From Macrostomum hystrix (taxonomy: Eukaryota; Animalia; Platyhelminthes), in assembly GCA_950097015.1 (NCBI GenBank), contig CATNEN010000002.1, positions 4,340,001 to 4,404,000 on the forward strand: 64,000 bases of DNA, written 5' to 3'. Below, piece after piece: positions 58,956 through 64,000 of this stretch. A program made the position numbers and the translations under genes. How positions within the stretch are numbered: position 1 is the stretch's first letter; each line of letters starts with the position of its first letter. The notes below the pieces were generated by a model. It ran no database searches, had not been told where the DNA came from, and saw only the letters and a program-made list of their open reading frames with translations.

Positions 58956-60398
58956 TGGCTATTAACGGTTACTATATCGATGAAAAATCCTAATTCATTT
59001 CACATTTACTCTATTTTGAGAAACCTTTCTTTTATTGAATGCAACAAAGCATGTACTAACTTTACATTTTCTTAAATCCGAAACCCTAAAGAATTAATGA
59101 GCTAGTACGAAATCATCACAAAGACCCAAAGAACAGTTATTCGAAGCATCATCAATATGAAATCGTGGCTAAATCAAACAAATCGACACAGTCGATAATT
59201 TATTATTTCATTCGCAGTTTATTTTAACATAGATATTAGAGCAATAAAATTAAATTACTCAAAATTTATTCTGTCGATTTATGATCAATGAACACAAAAA
59301 GATAGACGGCATTCGTTTAAAAAAACGACTATAAAATGAGTTGCCGCTTAAAAGCTGCGAAAATCCATATAGGTTGGGGTTTTAATACTTTAAATTGAAA
59401 CGTTAATATAACTTTTTGCGGTTCTGCTTTAAATTTAGGAATTTAAAGCTGCGGTTAATTTAGGAATTTGAAATCCACGTCCTTCCAACTGACATTGTTT
59501 ATTGACTGTGGCATTTTTGTGAACTTCTGGTCGCGCACGCTCAAGAGTGCAGACTTGATACTGTCATAAGAATGAAATTTATGAACGCTTAACGAGTATA
59601 TCATTGTGATTTAGTCTAGCCAACAAGATCTACCATAGACAACAAATAGTCGGAGTGCAAAAATGCTCCTGTCTATGGCAGACCCCTACTGTGGGCTAGT
59701 GAATATGACAATGTGATTGAAGCAGGGCTTGCGCTTTCAAAAAACGCCGTTGTTGCGAAGTTGTTGCATTTGCAAGCCGTGCTTTTGCCTATGACGGACT
59801 CGTTAGCGTTCAGGAATCCTTAGTGCCCCAGATTTCAGTTCATTTCAAGTAATCTCTCGAACAGAAGACCCTCTCTCAATTTTGTCACGATTAACTACAG
59901 TTTTTTTCTGTGTTCTTAATAGAGTCGTCTTTGGTTCCCATAAATTGAGACATTTTTTGCCACAGACATCCTTCCGATAAAAAAGCTACTTTCATTCAAT
60001 ATCGAACGCAAATTAAGCTATACTTTTAGCAACAAAGTTCATACTGGCGCTAGTTGCATTCCATAAGAGTCGCCTCATAACCATGCTGCTACTGCTAAAG
60101 GCTTGGCAAAGAAGCTTTGAACCGTAGGGCAGGAGCAGGTTATGATGAAAGCACACGCTGAGAGAGCAGATAGGTCTACTAGAGGTATGGAGCTGGCTTG
60201 TGTTTCGGCCAGGCAATCACTATGCCTCATTAGATACATTAAGTCGAGGCTCCAAAAGAAGCCCGACCAGATGCACTTTTTCACTTCATTTCTGAAAAGG
60301 GTTCGATGGTTCTGCTATGGTTCAAGAGCAGTCAGATTCCTACCAGTTGCTTGTATTACTTAAACGCGTAGTTTATAAGTAGTAGTAATCAGAGCATA

Positions 60399-61830
60399 TC
60401 AGAGCAAGACGGCTTTGGTTGGAAGTTTCTTTTGCTTCTCGGCTCGGGTCAACAAGTTATTGTGCGTCAGCTCAATGTTGATCCGTCTTCCACTAGTAGC
60501 TCCTTGTTGTTGCTGTTGCTGCTGCACAGATCCGGCTGCGTCAGCCAGTTGCTGCTGAAGCTCCTCCTCAACTGCGGCTCTCGACTTGCCTTCGATGGCA
60601 GCCAGGCGTCGCACGAGAACCTCCCGATCGTGGAGCAACTGCGCCACCCGCTCACGCATGCCCCGCATGTCCCGCTGAAACTGGTCGCTGCGTCGGCGAA
60701 TTTCGTCGTCAACATCTTCTAGCTGGGAGCTGATGCAGTCGTCCACGTCAGTCTGGACGGCGATGTTATTCAGCAGCATCCGGTTGGAGTAGGTCAAACC
60801 GCTCAGGCCGCTCATGACACTCTCTGGTTCTGCATTGGCGGCGATGTAGGAAGACCCAGCGGCGGCAGCAGCAGTTGTTGTTGCGAATGTTGAAATCGCA
60901 TCGCCAGAAAGCAGAAGGCTGTCACGGTTGCTGGAGTACTTTTGCAGTCTGCATCAGAATGCGCGCGAAATTGATCGGAAAATATTCAGAACTGTGAACG
61001 ATATAATAATAGTTTAAACAAAGGGAATTTATCAACGAAGGCTAAAGTGGTGGGACAGGACATTGACGGATGGGGCTGGGTAGACTGTGAGAATGATAGA
61101 TTATGATTGTCACTCACGCTGAGCCGACTGACTGGAAGGAATGAAAGAGTCAATTTGAAGGATATGTACAAATAAATAAATTATATCGTTTTTAGTCATT
61201 AGTGATTCAATAAAAAGGGAGAGACAAAAACGAATCTCTAAATGCAGTTGTATCTAGGCCACGCCCCCATCCTACAGAATGGACTCCAGCAAGTACCTGA
61301 GGGCCACTGGCAGGTGAGTCTGCTTGCTGATCCGTTCGGCTTCCATTTTGCGATACAGAACCAGGTGCCTGTAGACTCGCTACAATGGGTGTTGAAGGTA
61401 GGATTTAAATACGAGCTGTGTTGAGCAGCTAATTCTGATTAAAGAGTTGTTTAGGCTTCATCAACATTTGCGCTTGCCCGTCGAATCAGGGAGCAAATAA
61501 ATCCGTCATTCGTTTGGCAGCTATCGTGGCGTAGGCAGTGGGGCCCGTGGTGTTTCTACTGCCATTCAGTTCAGCAGGTAGGATACCGTTTCTCAGTTCA
61601 AAACACGATCCCCTCGCACAGATTCGAATTAGATTCGTCACCAACTGTAAAAGTCTCACCTGGCTGATCGGCAGACAGCATCCGGGAGGCAGGGGCGAGC
61701 GCCTGATAAGCGGAAAGGCCAGGTAATAGAAGACCTGCTCGCAGCACATTGTCACCAGGCCCAGTAGAACACCGCAGCAGAATAGCAGCAATGGACCGGC
61801 GAAGTTGGTCGGCGTTAAGCGAATCTTTTT
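60399..61830 (-). CDS. Ionotropic glutamate receptor, NMDA-type (GluN3-like), last three exons: 61830-61660 (M4), 61379-61297, 60948-60399; 5' part not found in the window
   Basis: RLTPTNFAGPLLLFCCGVLLGLVTMCCEQVFYYLAFPLIR is an M4 segment; ISQ|RVYR resembles GluN3 HTSQRLHR; coiled-coil-like C-tail. Splice phases 0 and 2 consistent. Confidence 0.72.
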
Positions 61831-61939
61831 CTGCGCGATTGACGAAACGGAGATTTTTGGCCAATCAAGGTGCATATTTTATCAGATTTGGTCAATACAA
61901 AAAACTAATATAATGATACCGACGTTCTGTTAGGAATCG

Positions 61940-63005
61940 AGCAGGACAGGGGACAGTGTAGAAGGAAAGACAGGGCGCCACATAATAGGAACGACAAAGG
62001 AAATTTTCATGCAAGTATAGGACAGGACGGAAGAAAGGGCAGTAAATAGGAAAGGACAGGACAAGACAGAGTACAGGATAGGACAGGACATAGGATAGGA
62101 TAGAGGACAAGAACGGGAAAAGGACAGGATAGGACAGGATAAGGACAGGATAGGACAGGACAGAGGACAGGATAGGACAGGACAGAGGACAGGATAGGAC
62201 AGGATAGGACAGAATAGGACAAGAAAGAGGACAGGATAGGACAGGACAGAGGACAGGATAGGGCAGGACAGAGTACAGGATAGGACAGGACAGAGGACAG
62301 GATAGGACAGGAAAGAGGACAGGATAGGACAGGACAAAGACAGGACAGAGGACAGGATAGGACAGGACACAGACAGGACAGAGGACAGGATAGGACAGGA
62401 TAGGACAGGATAGGACAGGAAAGAGGACAGGATAGGACAGGCCAGAGGACTGGACAGAGGACAGGATAGGATTGGATAGGACAGGACACAGGACAGGATA
62501 GGACAGGATAGAACAGGATAAGGACAGGATAAGGACAGGATAGGACAGGATAGGACAGAATAGGACAAGAAAGAGGACAGGATAGGACAGGACAGAGGAC
62601 AGGATAGGGCAGGACAGAGGACAGGATAGGACAGGACAGAGGACAGGATAGGACAGGAAAGAGGACAGGATAGGACAGGACACAGACAGGACAGAGGACA
62701 GGATAGGACAGGACACAGGACAGGACAGAGGACAGGATAGGACAGGACACAGACAGGACAGAGGACAGGATAGGACAGGATAGGACAGGATAGGACATTA
62801 CAGAGGACAGGATAGGATTGGATAGGACAGGACACAGGACAGGATAGGACAGGATAGAACAGGATAAGGACAGGATAAGGACAGGATAGGACAGGATAGG
62901 ACAGGACACAGGACAGGATAGGACAGGATAGAACAGGATAAGGACATGATAAGGACTGGATAGGACAGGATAGGACAGGATAGGACAGGACAGAGGACAA
63001 ACAGA
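61940..63005. repeat. (GGACA)-based compound repeat
   Basis: Read directly; source of the SCPILS ORFs. Confidence 0.92.
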
Positions 63006-63658
63006 GCACAGGACGGGGCAGATGATAATGCGTGGTTAGTTAAACCTATGCCAGAAATGCAACTGCCAGGGAAAGCCGTGGCCTCCTGCAGCCTGCATCC
63101 AGGGGGAATCCTATGCTAACACTTGACGCAGAAGGGAGAAATGAGAAGGAGAGATGGATAGAAATAAATTTGCATAGCAATGAAATGGTCCCTAGGAAAT
63201 AGCTTAGAAATTGTGCTAAAGAGAGTTTTTTTAGGACTCGAGATTGATATTCGCAGTAATTGCAGTTGGGGAGGGAGGGAGTTTTGCATCCGAATTAAAG
63301 GAATGAAATGTGCTCAGCTGGGCTCGCACTGGGGTCCCAAGCCTCACAATCTGGGACGGAGGTGAATTGACACTTTCCCGGGACTCAATGCGAAAGAAGC
63401 ACTTTTATTAAAAATCTGTTTTTGCTGCTCCTCTGAAAGGTATCCTGCCTGTCTACAGTGCTCAGTTAAGATGCATTAAATTCATTATCTTGCTCTTTGA
63501 TTCTGCGTCACAGACTGCACTCAGGGCTGCAGCTGAATTATAAAATGCGATGGATTTAAACGAGGTTAGATCTGCTCCATACAATGCGGAATTCCATTCG
63601 ATAAGACAAAATGGATATTTATTTGTACGCGGTCTTATCATTTAAAAAATGGGTTGCT

Positions 63659-64000
63659 GCATGTTAGACAATCTATGCTACATGTTAGACAATCTATGCA
63701 ACCTGTTAGACAATCTATGCTACATGTTAGACAATCTATGCAACCTGTTAGACAATCTATGCTACATGTTAGACAATCTATGCAACCTGTTAGACAATCT
63801 ATGCTACATGTTAGACAATCTATGCAACCTGTTAGACAATCTATGCTACATGTTAGACAATCTATGCAACCTGTTAGACAATCTATGCAACCTGTTAGAC
63901 AATCTATGCAACCTGTTACACAATCTATGCAACCTGTTAGACAATCTATGCAACCTGTTAGACAATCTATGCAACCTGTTAGACAATATATGTAACTGTT
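63659..64000. repeat. Minisatellite, 21 bp unit (tgttagacaatctatgcaacc), running off the window
   Basis: Read directly. Confidence 0.93.

Noticed and set aside
763-63995. Dozens of long low-complexity ORFs (poly-RG, poly-LP, SHLS, SCPILS, DTSGV, MKIPFLQHRH and others)
   Set aside because: Each coincides with a tandem array whose unit lacks stops, often open in several frames and on both strands; many lie inside introns of assembled genes.

Overview
Intron-rich animal genomic DNA, not prokaryotic: spliced GT-AG genes, tRNA-derived SINEs, and a large share of the window in tandem minisatellites. GC-rich exons inside repeat-stuffed introns and this type of Mab-21 gene suggest an invertebrate, most like a Macrostomum-type flatworm (inference only). 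Hand-assembled genes, left to right: BAP18/C17orf49 SANT protein (+); a secreted FAD-dependent amine-oxidase-family protein (+, 4 exons); an NPY/sNPF/PrRP-type neuropeptide GPCR (+); a tail-to-tail pair of cGAS-like (Mab-21/cGLR) nucleotidyltransferases, one pseudogene (+) and one intact (-); a complete 10-exon p120 RasGAP/RASA1 (-, 941 aa); and the 3' end of an NMDA-type, GluN3-like glutamate receptor (-). The most striking signal is apparent intron creation by a SINE. One RASA1 intron (43955-44312) is nothing but a SINE plus its 9-bp target-site duplication TGAAG|GTGC, which supplies both splice sites and restores the frame seamlessly. A second copy of the same SINE, also sense to its host gene and flanked by an AG|GT-containing duplication, sits 8 nt before the GPCR start codon. 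Also notable: a 990-nt in-frame, stop-free intron built from 16 tandem copies of an exon-intron junction, and inverted repeats flanking the RASA1 SH3 exon. All exon coordinates were read by hand and have no transcript support. Most long ORFs in the supplied track are repeat artefacts.
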